A DNA stretch of 64,000 bases from Vairimorpha necatrix (Eukaryota): the NCBI GenBank assembly GCA_036630325.1, contig CP142727.1, forward strand, positions 682,001 to 746,000, written 5' to 3'. The position numbers and the translations under genes were made by a program. Under the pieces are notes generated by a model, which searched no databases, was not told where the DNA came from, and saw only the letters and a program-made list of their open reading frames with translations. Shown here piece by piece: positions 49,920 to 64,000 of this stretch (its first letter is position 1; each line of letters begins with the position of its first letter).

Positions 49920-51029
49920 GGATCTAGATTGTTATACGCCGAAAAGGGAGAATAACTAATTTTGTTAAGAAAATTTTGCCCAAATGAGAACGGTTGTGTC
50001 GCAGTTTATAATTTACGTACAAATCCGTAGGAAGCCCCCTTTACAGATGATTTCTGTTCTGCAAGAACAAAATCTTTTTCTGACCAGTATGTCCTGTTCT
50101 GAGTGTTCATCTGGGATGGTTGAGAGATTGAAGAAAGGCCCAGACCTTTTATGCTAGACTTACAAAAATTAAGTGTGCAGGCTCTACAGAAGCACAAAGA
50201 TCATTAGAATTGAATTTTTTCTTGGGGGATATAAATTGCCATTGTCTGAGTATTTCGCTATGATTTTGCTTTTGAGCGAAGGAAAACAGATTAAAGAGAT
50301 TATTTCCGATTATTAATTCAGAAACAGCATTGTGGAGATTTTAAACATCTGAGGACTATCCTTTAAGTATACATTGAGGCCGATCCAATGAGATTGGAGG
50401 TCCAGAGTGTATTGCCAGATTGACCAAAGCTCCTTCGTCCACAAGATCAAAAATCATTGTAGCAGAGCACCTCCCAGAGATGTGCCTAGTTCCGGAGTCG
50501 CAATCACTTTTTTATCTCCTGCGCAGGGCTATATGAAGATTGTCCCCAATAGATCAGCTGCTGTTTTACTTAAGATCATTGCTAGAATATGTAGACCTGG
50601 TTTAATCAACCACCCAGATGGCTGGTGATCATATGTGAGTGTTGAAAGAGAGTTCGGGTTCCGTCATCTGGTTGTAAACCACAAGACAAATTTGACAATC
50701 GATAACTGAAGCCCATACTCAGAACATGGAGTCATTCGTGAATAAGATGAAGCATGCGATTAAGAAAATGTATGGTGTTCAAAAGCGCAACTTTTGGTCT
50801 TATAGCTGAACTGATGTTTGAGATGAGTTTAAGGAGACTGTGTTAATCAGAATGCTGGCTTTATTTGCCATAAGCTAAAAATAAAATAATTCCAAAACAA
50901 GCTTGTCTTTTTACAATGCTGCTTTTTTATTATCATGCCTTAAAGTTTTTTCTCTTTTAAAGCTGCAATTTTTTATTCCGGGCAAATAACAAACTAGGTT
51001 TGGCTCCGTGCGCGTAGCAAACTAGATCC
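49920..51029 (+). mobile_element. Merlin family B (duplicate of 4757-5863)
   Basis: Same TIRs and TSD. Confidence 0.88.
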
Positions 51030-51311
51030 GGATTATGCATCTTTAACTTAAGAATAAGCGTTCAGTTTTTTTCCGACTATCGCCTGCTTTTAAAAATCTA
51101 TTGGTCTACAATGAAAAAAAATGTTTACTATATAAAGCAAGGAATAGTTTATTATGCAAGAGCACAAGCATATAATTAGCCATAGACAGTTAGACGGATA
51201 ATACATTAACAAATACGGTATAAAAAAATAAAAGTTGATAAAAAACATGAAAATAGTCTATTAACATGTATATAGATGTAATAAGTCGATACCCTACTTA
51301 GCATGATTGCC

Positions 51312-52714
51312 TTTTTGAAAAGTAAGAGTTAGGAAAAGAAACTTATCTTGATATCATAGGTAATTGCACATGATCCTTATTTTATAGAACAGTAAGACGG
51401 TTACTCATTAGAACTATATCTTTCTTTTGCCGGCAAGTAAGATTTCTGTATATATTGGACTTTACTCTTGAAACCATTTCCATTTATACCCCAAATCGCG
51501 TCCAGAGTGATCTCACAGCAGATATACATAACGTGTTAGGGTTCCGACCAAGACAGACATTTGTAAGCTTACTCAAAAAACCTACAATCGTCTTTATCCT
51601 CAAACAGTACCATAAATCGCCATATAACCCCCCTACACTTTCTTGGACTGCGAGAACACAAATATTCCAAGAGTGTCTAAAATAGTTTTAACTTCCAGCA
51701 TGATTGGCCATAAAATTTCTTATGCTACATTTAGTTAACTCTATTATTTGGCTTGAGACACCCTGGAGATTACCAAATATATATTCAACTGGGTTGTGTC
51801 AAGCATAACGTTTTATGGTACATGACCGTTTGGAACCCGCATTACAAAATGAACCCGCTTTGGGAAAATAAACTTGCTTTGAAATTTTAAAGGACCCCCT
51901 TTAAAAAATGGCCAAATTGGCAAAAACAATGTTTGTTGAGGCAGATGAGATTTTTATTGATGAGATGTATTTAACAAGGAATATAAGAAAAAAGTTTATT
52001 TTGCAAACATTTGATGCTGAATCGGCGTGCGCCTTGCATGTTTCTGTAACTAGTAGAAATACTGCTTTTTCCTTGAGGTAATACAAGAAAATGTATAACC
52101 TGTTTCTATTATGATCTCTAATCAATGGGTAGCATATGATGCCATTTTAGTCAGCAAAAGGATGGAGCACAGTACAAAGATTCACTCCATAAATGCTGTA
52201 ATCTCTGTCGATTCGAGCCACAATACCATATAATTAAGTTGGTGATGGCTCATTTCTATAAGAGATATTCGATCTTAACATAACAAAGAAGAACACTATG
52301 AGTACATTTTACAGTTTCACTGGGCTTTCCAAATTCCCAAAAATCACCGGATAAATTGTCTTCTGTCATTATTTAAAATAAATCATCAAGTCTCTTTTTT
52401 TATTTTTCCCTTTTTGAATTTTTCAAAGCGGGTTCATTTTCCCAAAGCTGGTATAAAACGGTCATGTACCCCTTTTATAAATCTATAAAATAAGATATAC
52501 GGGATTTAAATTTTTATGAGTGTTTCTTCGCTAGATGCTGATTCTATAATGGCGGAACCACAAGTTCCATTTAAAAAACTCGATGATTATTGGGCCATGT
52601 TCATTATCTAAATTGTCTATGGATGCAGCATAATTTGTAGAAATAGTATGATGATGCTGGACCGAGACCTACAAAGGTTAGTGAAAGCTCATTCAGAGCG
52701 CCGGGCTTGTGGTC
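51312..52714 (-). mobile_element. Degenerate SINE (duplicate of 6145-7572)
   Basis: Colinear duplicate. Confidence 0.72.
51817..52470 (+). mobile_element. Merlin family C derivative (duplicate of 6651-7327)
   Basis: GGTACATGACCG..CGGTCATGTACC; TSD CGTTTTAT/CCTTTTAT. Confidence 0.8.
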
Positions 52715-53490
52715 TTAGAAATATATTTAAGGTCTTCATGAAAAAAAAAACACACTTAAGGCTTTGACTGCTTTATCAAGATGTTAAACTTCACAAAGCG
52801 TTTGGATGAATTTATTAAAAATAAAAGTTCAAATAGAATTTAGAATATATCAAGAAAATGGCTGGGTAGAATAACTATTACATAAAATAAAAAATAACAT
52901 TAGATTAAAACATATACCTGAAAGAGAAAGCGAAATATTTAAGATTAGAGTATAATATAGGAATTGTTCAATATAGAATATAATGATAAACATTTACAAA
53001 CACATAAATTAAAAAATATACCACGAAATCTGAAAACAACGAAACACGGACATCAAGAATTGAGTACAAAATATGGCCCAATTGTGACTTTTAATATAGA
53101 AAAAGGACTTGAATTTTTAACATTTAGAAGATTTGAACAGAATGTCTATAGTTGTTTCTATTGAAAAAAGCTCCGCGGATTGTTGCATAAATATATTGAG
53201 TAAAGCGCAAATGTATAAAGTATCTCAAAAAAGCTTTAAACATGAAAAATAGTGTCAAAAGATTTTAGAAAGTTGTGTAAAGTATTTGAAGAATACAGGA
53301 TGAAATTCTGAACAAAGAGATGTAGATTTTTGCAATTCAAATCTCCACATCCCTATTTAATGACAGATCACGTAGAACGAGCCATACATTATCTAAAAAA
53401 TAATAATTTAAATCTATATGATATAATAATGAACAGATCTAGTATTATCACATCACTAGAAACATCGAAATAACACTTCTTAAGTAGCAC

Positions 53491-53835
53491 TGTGGTATAA
53501 TGGTTTATACCATATGTTCTCTAATTAACCAATGGTAACTAAAACACTGATCCCTCACCGGACGATCAATGATGGATAGCTATTATCGATGTGTTACATC
53601 ACATTTGCTATTATTAGTTACTCTGTATTAGAAATAAAGAAAATCTATTAACGACATGGTACATCACTTGAATACTAACAAACACCCTTCCTGCAAAATT
53701 CAGATAAGCTAAACTCTTTTTATAACAATGAACTATCTTTTTCTTCAAACTATCTAAACTCGGTTTTCACATCACTCTAAAACGTAGCATCATTGATGCT
53801 TTCTTGCCACAGGCAAGCTTCCCAGTAAACACGCA
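53491..53835. mobile_element. TG..CA element (duplicate of 8351-8694)
   Basis: TSD AGCAC on both sides. Confidence 0.72.
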
Positions 53836-54791
53836 AGCACAATAAACCCGTAAGTATTTGTATTACTTTTTATGCATTTGGCGTATCTGAAATCGACTAA
53901 GATCTAATAACCACGAATTCTGGTCTCGAATAAAAGGGGGGAAGTTTATAAAAACAAAGGGTAAAATCAAAATAATAATAATATTAAAATTGCGATATAA
54001 ATATATCTATCGTACAATTTAAACAACCATTCATGCATATAATTGAAGTACATGATTTTCGAAGTCTCATCTTAGGTCGCATATAGAAAAACGATGGAAA
54101 TATAACCGTGGTATAAAATTTTCATAAAATGCAATTTAAATACTAAATTACGTAGCCATACACATCTGAATTGTGTACAATAATAGTTATAAATAATTAT
54201 TGCTGTGTGAAGAACAAATATATAACAGTTTAAGTTTGAGATAACCATATATTTGAATTTTAGTATATATTTCTTTTAAAGCTTTAAATGGCCTCTGTAG
54301 ATAAATACTGCAGTTTAAACTCTAAATATTTGCTTTCAAATGCCGGAGGAGAGTATTTACTAAACATTCAATTTTGGTCGTGTATGCAAATCACTCTAAG
54401 TGTATATTGCGTGATACTTTATTCAATACATAATTATAAATTTTAGCACAATTAAAGCATAAATGCGTGCAGAAAAAAAAACATAATCTAAGATAACATA
54501 TTTCATTATTTTTTTTGAACCCCGCTTAATCCATTTAAATACGTGACTCGACGGCAAAATCAACAAACCTCTTTTGTTCTTACTAACTATAAGGAATTCG
54601 CCGATTGTTTCTAGTTTCGTTTCAGACTTGTATAATAATTTCTCATAATATTCGGATATTTACCTTAAAATATCTTTTAACAAAAAGATTATTTGTTTTA
54701 TTTATTAATGATAGATCTAATTATTGAATTTTAAAATACATACGTTTATAAGCAAGATTTTCTATGTGCCATCTTTCTTTCATATTTTCAC

Positions 54792-55532
54792 CGTTGAGAA
54801 TATATATTTAATAAATTAACCCTTAACTTACAATTATCCTTAACATGGTGGAGAATATGGGATCGAACCCAAAGATGCTCAAAAGATTAGGTTGTAAATT
54901 TTGTCAAGGAATGAGACGTAAAAAATGCAGTAATGTTAGAATGGGGTTGGTTAATTGAAAACAGAAGAAAAGGTGATAGCCTGCATCAGTCGAGGAACCC
55001 GGATAGGTGAATATGTGGAGGTGCAATTAAGAGCTATTAAGAAACAGTATTAAATGTAATAAGATCTAGCATAGGAGTTGTCAAGATTGATTGTAGTGGT
55101 TATCTCAACATTCACATTAAAGCTATCGTGGCAAGATAGCTGAACCACGATTGTTCAAAAATCCAGAGAGATTTAAAAGAGAAGGAATCAAAAAAAACTG
55201 TGTTGTCGTTAAAAAATGAGATAGACCGATAAATTTCGTTTCCATTGTTGGGGAGACGTGAGTAAAGAAAAATCTCATGCCCATAGACTTTATGTATTTG
55301 TACAGGAAAAAAAGTACTGTAAAGACCAACACAAGAAAGGATAGTAAGACGCGAAAGGGTAAAGCGCAGCCCATAGCCAATAAACTTTAAAAAATGCACC
55401 TTTATTTTGAAGGCCAAGCAGTAGGCATAGAAAGTTGTAAATATAATTACATCACTTAGTGCTAAATTTAGCGCGGGATGTTGAAAATATATATTTAATA
55501 AATTAACCCTTAACTTACAATTATTTTTAACA
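54792..55532 (+). mobile_element. Uninterrupted TRIM-like element (741 bp, 54-bp LTRs)
   Basis: LTRs 54792-54845 and 55479-55532; PBS TGGTGGAGAATATGGGATCGAACCC; short GGGA purine run before the 3' LTR; imperfect TSD (TTCAC/CTCAA). Confidence 0.87.
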
Positions 55533-56109
55533 CTCAAATTGATGTGCAGATGATCTAACTATGAATGGTTTTGCGTACATGAAGTAAATAAAATTAAACG
55601 AATAAAATTTCTAACTATGTATGAACCTATGTTTGTTTTCTTATTTTTCAGATGTAAAATATAATATCGAAGATTTTCTTTTGCACCAGTTACAACCTTT
55701 CAGGAAGGTTTCTAACGATTTTATCGTATTTTTATCTGTGGTCTGTATAGATCGTTATGTATTTAATAGTCGCTTGAATTATCATACGTAATTTTATGCT
55801 CTTCTTGTATTTTAGATCTGTTGCTATCATTGTTTCGTGCTTCGTTTCTTTGACAGAACTTTAATAATTGAAAATTTGTTTGTTCACTTCTAGTATTAGT
55901 AATTAATTCCCTGGCTAAGTGTTAGTTCTTTGGAGTTAGTCTTTGTCTTTACATCATGTATGTATACAGAGGCAATCGTTTTATAGGTTGACTATTTCTG
56001 TCTAATCATAAACCTTATCTGGTTTTAAGCCTTAAAGTTATTAAAGAAGTAATAAGTATGTGTATGAATTTGTTTCAAATGTTTATATTTGCTGCGGACA
56101 TCTTTAGTA

Positions 56110-56480
56110 TATAATTTTTCATTGAAGCTATTATTTGGTTACTTTTATTCTTCAATTTACTATACTTCCGCGCACTCTAGCTAATCGAACCATCCTCTAG
56201 CTATCTCTACTATGTTCTTGGTTTAAAATCCTCTTTCGCCGTTTCTCGCCGGTGTTCAAAGGAGATGCACTCTTTTGTCTTTTTTATAATTCTTATTGGA
56301 TTTAGGCTTCGGTACTAGTCGATAGGCCAAGTGCATTGATAAGGTGTGTGGTATTTTGTCACAATTCCGTCACATTTCATGATGTATGGTATTATTTGAT
56401 TTGTACGTTAGCACAATTCATTTGCTAAGATATCGCAGTTTTTGAGTTTTTCCTGTTCTACTTTCGGTAATTATCCTAAG
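56110..56480 (-). mobile_element. REL-LINE 3' fragment (duplicate of 14190-14560; approximate)
   Basis: Colinear duplicate. Confidence 0.6.
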
Positions 56481-57158
56481 AGGTTAGACATCTCGAATAA
56501 TAAGCATAAATTTCTAGATGATGCTAACACAAAGAAATTTCTTTTTCAACCAATGGTTCCTTAATTATAGTTTTATGCTTGTAGATTTTCTACACTTTTA
56601 GTTCTCTTTTTCCGTGTTTAAAAACGTTGTTATATTTGCAGGAAAATGTATTTTCGAATATGATATATTTCTGGGTTTACTTTGCAAGTCAATATATACC
56701 AAAATACCATAGATGTTTTATAATTCTAAAGGAAACAATATAAATATTTTACTTATTGAAGAATATGATTTTTTTTGATATATAATCTTTATTTTTAAAA
56801 ACTAATTCTTAGTTAGCAATAAGAGGAATATTGTTACAAAAGTTGTGGCATTATAATTACCACAAACAAATAATTTTCCCCCTTTTTGGAAATAGACCAT
56901 TCGAACGGTCTATTCCAAAAATTTATTATTTATATAAATTTTACCCCCAGCCCACAGAATTCAACATGAAGAAAACTATAAAAATGTTCTTAACATATAC
57001 CCTTGGAATACTAAACCAAGGAAGAGCAGGAACGCTAGGGAAAATATAAAACCCTTTATTATGCACAACGGAGTCAAGTAAAGACTAAAAAACAGTTTCA
57101 ATTTCATCGTTGAAATCAGCCCAAAAGTAGCATATGTTTTTCGTCAAAATCAATATAA

Positions 57159-57966
57159 ATGGAAAAAAAGGATTCTCAATTTTATTAAAAAAAATAATGA
57201 AATCTACAATAGGCACCTTGAAGATTTCGAAATCGACGAAATCTTCAGGACCTATTTTAAAGTGCACAAAGTTTTCGATGAGGCCCTTCTAATTGGCCAC
57301 ATCGAAAATTTCCAAAATGAAAAAAACTCCAGGAGTCGAACACCCCAAGAGGTCGAAAGCGCTAAAAACTGGAGGCAGACACGAAGGACCAGTGTCTGTT
57401 AAGAGAGAATCATCCCCAATGATTTCTCTTCTATAAGCTTCCCTAGGACCAGGGAGACCTTCAAATTTCTAAATGATGTCTTGATCTCTGACATTCCCTT
57501 TGGGCTCCTGACGCCAAGGCAGAAAGACAAGCTCATTGACATCATGGAATGTGTCGATGTAGAAGAAGGGGAGGTCTTTATTAGGGAAGGCGAAAAGGGC
57601 AGTACCATGTTTGTGGTAGATGAAGGCATTTTTGATGTCTACATCAAAAATGTAAGAACCAAGTCCCTTGAAAGAGGAGACAGTTTCGAAGAAATTGCTT
57701 TATTTCACAATATTGACAGGACTGCCACTGTTATTAGCAGAGTAAAATCAAAAATTTGGGTCATAGAACAGAAGATGTTTGGAGGCCTGAGGGCCTTCAA
57801 CAGAAATAAGAATAAAGGTATAGTTCTGGACGGGATAACCAAAATGAAGTTATATCCCGATCTAATTGAGAGAGAACTTATAAGTTTTGTAAATACATTA
57901 ACTTTCGATTATCTTAAAATTGGCAGTACTGCTGATATTATCACGACAAACTTTCTCTTTACATAG
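57159..57966 (+). pseudogene. PKA regulatory subunit pseudogene, second copy
   Basis: RRTSVC* followed by the cNMP domain; carries the same in-frame TAA. Confidence 0.82.
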
Positions 57967-59487
57967 CCGGATTTGGCTAAATGAACAAGAAATGTAACAA
58001 ATAAATTTAGAAGAAAAATATTTGTACATGAGATTAACCGTTAAACTTTCCATATTTTAATAAATTCCTAAATAAATATTTGTTGTATATTATTTAAGTC
58101 TGTTTGTGTCATCGTAAACTGTAGTATTTCTTAGCTTTCCTTCGCAATTGCCATACCCTTATTTTTAAAATTAAAATAAGACCAAAAAATCTAGAGAATT
58201 CATTTTTCTAGAAAAATTAATAATCAGAATAAAATTTGTTTCTCGACATTTGATAAAATCACAGGATAATAGTAGACAGTGCACTTAAATAAACATATTA
58301 TTATAATGAAGTTTGTAAAATTTATCTAAAATGTTTAAATTCAATATTGACTGTGGACTGTTGTTTGAACAACAGTCTGTGAAGAATTCTTCCTTTGAAT
58401 TCGTTTATTCAATTTATTAACTCCTTATTAGCATGATTTTCTTTTATGTTTATGGGCAAGAAAATATGATACATTTATTCTTCAAAAAAGATAATTAGAA
58501 TAAAAGAGAAAAATATCAACGTATTAGTATCCATTAAGTTTCAGGATTATGAGGATTTTTGAAGATCTGTCCTTTAACATATACATCTTGTATAATTTGC
58601 ACTTTTCAATTTTTAAGTAGTTTCTAAGCCACGCGAAACAAATAATTTTTACTGTTCGATTAATTATTATCCCTGATGTATCTTCACTAACATAGTTCAT
58701 CAATATTTCTTCGGTTTCAACATCTTTTTTATTTAATTTTGATCAAAACACTGTTCAATTAAAAAAAATAATGTCTGTATATTAATAATTATATTTTTCT
58801 TTGAAAATATTCTTCTGTTTGTAAGTTGTGGGGATACGTCATTAATTAATTGAATGGCAGCCGATATTCATGAGTATTTTGTCTTTAATTTTGGCCCCAA
58901 CATAACAGTATTAAGAACAACAAAGGCCCGAAATGTTTAGTTTACCGAATTGAGCTATTATAATTGCATTTATGAAGAAAGGAAAAAAAGAAATTTTAAA
59001 GGAAAAAGAGTAAAAAGGCTTGGAGATTTATTAATGGTCGAGGAAACATAATTCAACCATAAAAAATTGATTTTGTTTGGTTATGATTATGAAAAAGGTT
59101 GTCAAAAGGACGTTACTTATAACAGAAAATCTGAAAAAATATTTTAAAGATTAAAAATGAAGAGAACATAAGCATCAAGAATTAACACACTAAATTTAAT
59201 TCCAGAATTTTTAGTAATCGTGTACAAAATAAATCTTTAATGTGATAGATTCATTTTCCAATTTTATACGATTCTAGACTGTATACTTTTTTACTAAAAT
59301 CTTATTTCTAAAAACGATATGAAAAAAACAAAATTAGATACAAAAAATATTCTAAGAAAAAATTTAACTCATAAAACCTTTTAAATTTAAATATAATTAT
59401 GGTTTTTTATAAATAAAAATACCTTAGTGCTTAAATTATAAAAGGTTTTGTTCTTTTAATATACGGAGAAGTGTTTTATTTATATAA

Positions 59488-62400
59488 AAACTTTTGTGAG
59501 TTGAATTTTAGCTTCGGTAGATATTTGTAACACATCTTGTCCCAGTATTGCTCATATTATTTAACTCTTCGCAGACTTTGGCTTCATAAGTATATCTGTT
59601 TTTCAACTCAGAATTTTCAGCTTTATTCCCCTTTGCCGACACCATCTAATTAACGGTCACCGTATTCGCTAGTATGCTTACAGCTCTAACACTTTTTTTT
59701 CTCTTGCATCCTCTTGATCGCATACTCGTCTTTATCATAAAAAATATATGAATTCTATAGTCGTTCCAGCATTATATACTGGATGTATGTTTTAAGGTAG
59801 GGTTGGATTTTCAGCTTTCTGCTGTACTTTATGCGATATTTGGTCACCACTTCATCTTATGTCTCTACATAAGAAACTTTTCATGTGCAAAATTTATGTA
59901 TTAGTCAATTTCATTTGCAAATAAGTCATATTTGCTTAGTTTTTTATTCTCGACAATGTTAAGTCGATTCTTATTGGTTATACCAACTAAACCTTTCTTA
60001 TTTCATTTTTTGTTTTATCAAACGGCATCATATTAGGCCCATTATGGGTCTCTTCTTTATTGATTTTATAGTATCTATTTTTATTTCCGCTCGATCATTT
60101 TCCTTAATTCCGCAAACCACGTGTCCATGTATTTCCTTGCTGATCTGAAACCCAAATTAAATACATACTATTAGATATATGCATCTAACTACCTAGTTGT
60201 GTCTTTTTACATAATCAAGCCAACGTTTAATCACACTTTGTAGCTAAATTCACCACGGGGTTCTTATGAGATCCACAATGAGAACTTTGTCCCCATTGTT
60301 CATAAATAGTATTTCTATTTTCTTGCAACATCAAATTACTTTGTATCGAGCATGATTGTTTTCCCCGTCTAACTAGGTAGAAGAGTTTTTAATGTTTACT
60401 AAATCATTGTACCTAGCTTTAAACAACTTTCCATGGTTTGTCCTTATGTTAATTTTGTTGTAAAGCGCTTCTTTTAGGGATTTTATTAGCATCTTCTGGG
60501 TTATATCTTCTACAAGCTAAGCCTAATCCTAAACATCGATACTTGTAAAGAAGTGTGATTTGCTCTCTTCCTCTACTTTAATTATCGCTGCCGTCGAATT
60601 AAGCTATTTATAGACCATCTAATGTTTTGAAAATATTCAAAAACATACTTTCGCTTCTATCTTCGATACTTATGAGGCCTCTACTCATTTCGGATTAGGT
60701 ATGTATAGTCTTTCCTTGCAGACTGGCTGTAGATGAACCTGGTATTTGATAAGTACCTGTTGGATATCAAAATTTATACTTTTGAAATCTATTGGTTCTA
60801 ATTTTAATAATCCTACATGATATTTTATTATTGATATTGCATGGCTAGAGCTCGAAACATATTCATACCTTTTAAATGAGTCTTGCTTAGTTTTTAAACC
60901 CTCTGTAGGATCTTATTCCTTACTTTTTCAAAAGTCTCTCTTTTGACAGCACTAGAGGCATCCACTGTTATTCCAAGGTATTTGTATCCTTGAAGCCTTC
61001 TAGTACTAACACATCTTCGCTACAATCAATACAGTTAGTCGCAGACTTACTCCTGTTCATTTCTAGACCTACAGCTTAAAAAACCTTTTGTGTTTCCTCA
61101 TTCTTCAGTTTTAAAACGACATCGTTCTCTGCGAGGAGCTAAAGATCATCAATAAATAGAAGATGGTTTGTTCATAGACACTTTCGTGAATCTGTATTCC
61201 TACTTTTGGGTAAGTTGAATTCGGTTTCCTGCTCAACACGTTCATACATAGCACAACAAAAGCCGCGACAAGGAACCCCCTTGTAATATGCCTCTTTCAT
61301 TCTTCTTATTCAGTATCGTTTTTGATACTCATGTTATCTCAACGTGCCACCTTTTAACGGTGGATTCTAAGAATATACTTATCCATTGAGGGAAATTAAA
61401 CTTGCTTATACATGTTAATAGATAAGAATGGTCTACGGAGTAATAGGCTTTTGTTACATCTATTTACATGGTCTTCAGCTTGTTTATATGCTCCTCATTG
61501 ACTGATATATTAATCAGGCTTGTTCTTACACTCCTTGGACTTGTCTAACTGTCCCTGGTTAATTCTCTGCGAGTAGCCTCTACTTTCTACAATTAGCTGC
61601 ATTATTTTCGCCGTGCAATATGTTGAAAGCTTGTAGAGGTTCGACATACTGGTAATAGGCCTTAAGTCATTATTACTAATGGGGGTACCTTTGGGTATAA
61701 AATAAGTAATCTCCTTGTAGAACCAAGCTTCAGGTTCTTTACCATCCATGCATACTTCCTTAACAATCTTGTAAAGGAATGGGCGTAGAGCTTCACATTT
61801 CTTATAAAGAAATTGAAGATTTCATCACAGTCTGCAGCCTTCAAATTCTGTAAATATTTAATAATATCTACAAATTTTTGCAAGGTTGGAAATGATCTGA
61901 TCTTGGCTATCAGGAATGTACTCTGGAGAAACATCTCTAGACTATTACAGTCTTCGGATTGCTTTTTCTGATTCCACATCTTAGACTAGAATGAACTAAT
62001 ATCTTCTTTGCTTACATTATGAGTAACTTCATTGGCACACTTGAGTTTTCTATAGAAATTGCTTCTATTTAGCTCAAAATTCTGAAATAAGCCCCTATAA
62101 CTCTGCGTCGGTCTGCGACCTCTATCTTCCTTGAGTATATGGCTTTCCTCAAGTTGAGTATAGCATTAGCTTCAGAAGTATCTCGGTGTAAACATGCAAG
62201 CATGTTGAGTTTACGCATTACCTTCTTGAATTCACGATTTCCTCATTTGAGAGTTTATCAAAAGCCCTGGCCTTTTTGATAAGCACTACATTGTCTTCAA
62301 TCTCAGTAATTTTTTTCAAAATTCTTACCTTTTAAGAGAAGGTTTGGGCTTCTTACTGGCCATTTCCTAATATCAGATCTGCGCAGCTTGCAGTATCTTT

Positions 62401-63031
62401 GCCATCTGGTACATTTATGAGGGGAGGAGATCTAACGTGACTATCAACCGCCTTGACTGTGGCATCAAGTTTCAACAGTTCAAAATTCAAGGCAGATATT
62501 TATCTCGTTCTTTCTACCTGGTCCACACATGTGTTCTACATATAACTAAGTTTCTCCAATAATCGTTTTTGTACTTTTAGGACGAGCTCTGGTTCGAAGA
62601 GACTAACCCCTTCTTTCGAGTGAGTTTCGGCCTTTCGTCTTCTGGTTGGATTCTCTGAGAATTCCTGGGCCGTCATTTGTCTACCGCTATTACTAGTGAG
62701 CGCTTTCTTCGCTCTGCCCTTAAATTCTAGTGAACTCATGTTAGACCTAATTTTTTCACAGAGGAACTCGGTAGCTTTATTCCACCGTCCTCTTGGCATT
62801 CTACCAAATCTATTTATAATTGATAGAAATACTCTTTGAAGCCCATCTTCTTCATTCGCTTCGGTACTCATAAGTACTGCTACAAGAGTCTAAGCAAATT
62901 GAATGTGCACACTAGTGTGTTCTTGCCCCTGTTCTTTTTCAGATGTGTTTATTTCGCTCCTTACCACTTCGGGGGTTGATTTGTTATTTTTTTGGTTTTT
63001 TCCTCCTGCTCTGTCATTACCCTCTTTTTGC
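59488..63031 (-). mobile_element. REL-LINE (duplicate of 17564-21102)
   Basis: Near-identical duplicate; TATATAA flanks. Confidence 0.88.
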
Positions 63032-63085
63032 TATATAATCAACGCATAAATTTAAAATTAATTTTATACCCCCACTTTTTTAAAT

Positions 63086-63874
63086 ATGACGAGAATGAAG
63101 ACTAGAGAAGAAAAGGAACAGTTAAAAGTGCTGTTTTTGTGTTATAATTCCATCTTGGATAATCATGAGATAATTCAGTTATCTTATGATATTTTAAGTA
63201 AGGAATGTGATTTTGATCAAAATGATCTGCACAATTTCTTGGAAGCAGCAATAAGTTCATATAATGATATTCCCTATCATAATGCTACCCATGGGTTCAA
63301 TGCATTATATAATTCGAATATCTTATTCATAGACCAAAAATTGAACGAAAAGTTAGGTTTATCTTTTTGATTTGCTGCCTATTGCATGACATAGACCATC
63401 CAGGGTTCGATTCCCGTGGGCATAATAAATTTGATTTAGAAAATCTCCATGTGGATTTTATAAAGAAATTACTGTCTGAATTTTTACCCGGGCATTTGAC
63501 AGAGGAAAATATGAATTTAATAAGTGAATTAATCTTATCTACAAATTTAATCATATAATGTACTGCTTGACGCTTTTAAAAATAAATATATAGGTCGGAA
63601 TATTAATGGCGTCAAAAAACTAAATATTATTGATTTCAAAATGTTGATAAAAATAGCAGACATAGGTGCATCTTATAAAAAGTTCGATGATTTCATGTGT
63701 GGAAGCAGAAAGCTCGAGAAAGAAATTCGCGGCACGTGCATAGGAGGCGCTAGAAAAAAGGCAGAACAAGATGCAATTCATCTTAAATTATTCCTTACCA
63801 CTAGCAGAGGTGTTTTCTAAAGATTTTAAATTTTTGTATGTAACTGCCATCGAAAAACAAAAAGAATACAATAA
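63086..63874 (+). pseudogene. PDE pseudogene, third copy
   Basis: Appears identical to 21157-21945. Confidence 0.88.
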
Positions 63875-64000
63875 CAAAAACTTCTTTTAGAATAAGGCTA
63901 TTTGTCTGTAATAACAGAACAAATATTTTGGCTTTTACAAGCGAATTATACGTGTTTGCCGGGAGTCTATTTTTCAAACCTCCTTTGTTAAATAGGAAAT

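Larger units (their letters stand above)
45168..64000 (+). repeat. Large direct segmental repeat, copy 2 (runs off window)
   Basis: Matches 1-22071 minus the Gypsy insertion. Confidence 0.97.

Noticed and set aside
1-64000. CRISPR arrays, rRNA, or prokaryotic defence/retron/DGR systems
   Set aside because: No regularly spaced repeats or rRNA-like segments; both RT types belong to eukaryotic LTR and non-LTR retrotransposons.

Overview
AT-rich, intron-poor, TE-saturated eukaryotic DNA, most likely from a large-genome microsporidian. This is an inference from CCC/GGG motifs just before ATGs, many Merlin/ISXO2 transposons and short divergent genes. Positions 1-22071 recur as 45168-64000, giving an apparent ~45-kb tandem unit (or two haplotypes). 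Host genes are few: one intact class I cyclic-nucleotide phosphodiesterase plus three frameshifted copies, two PKA regulatory-subunit pseudogenes, and two homeobox genes with Lys at the normally invariant Asn51. The rest is nested mobile DNA. The most unusual element is a 3219-bp Ty3/Gypsy retrotransposon with identical 49-bp LTRs that contain the start codon, a translated PBS, a tiny Gag and no recognisable protease; its RT-RH-IN is intact and it is absent from the duplicate copy. Also present: TRIM-like elements with ~54-bp LTRs and an extended tRNA-Ala PBS, a ~780-bp tRNA-headed poly(A) SINE family, a 274-344-bp TG..CA family with 5-bp TSDs and conserved hairpins, an REL-type LINE family with almost no 5'UTR that inserts at TATA-like sites, and at least five Merlin families, one at a tandem-duplication junction. 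All alignments were made by eye.
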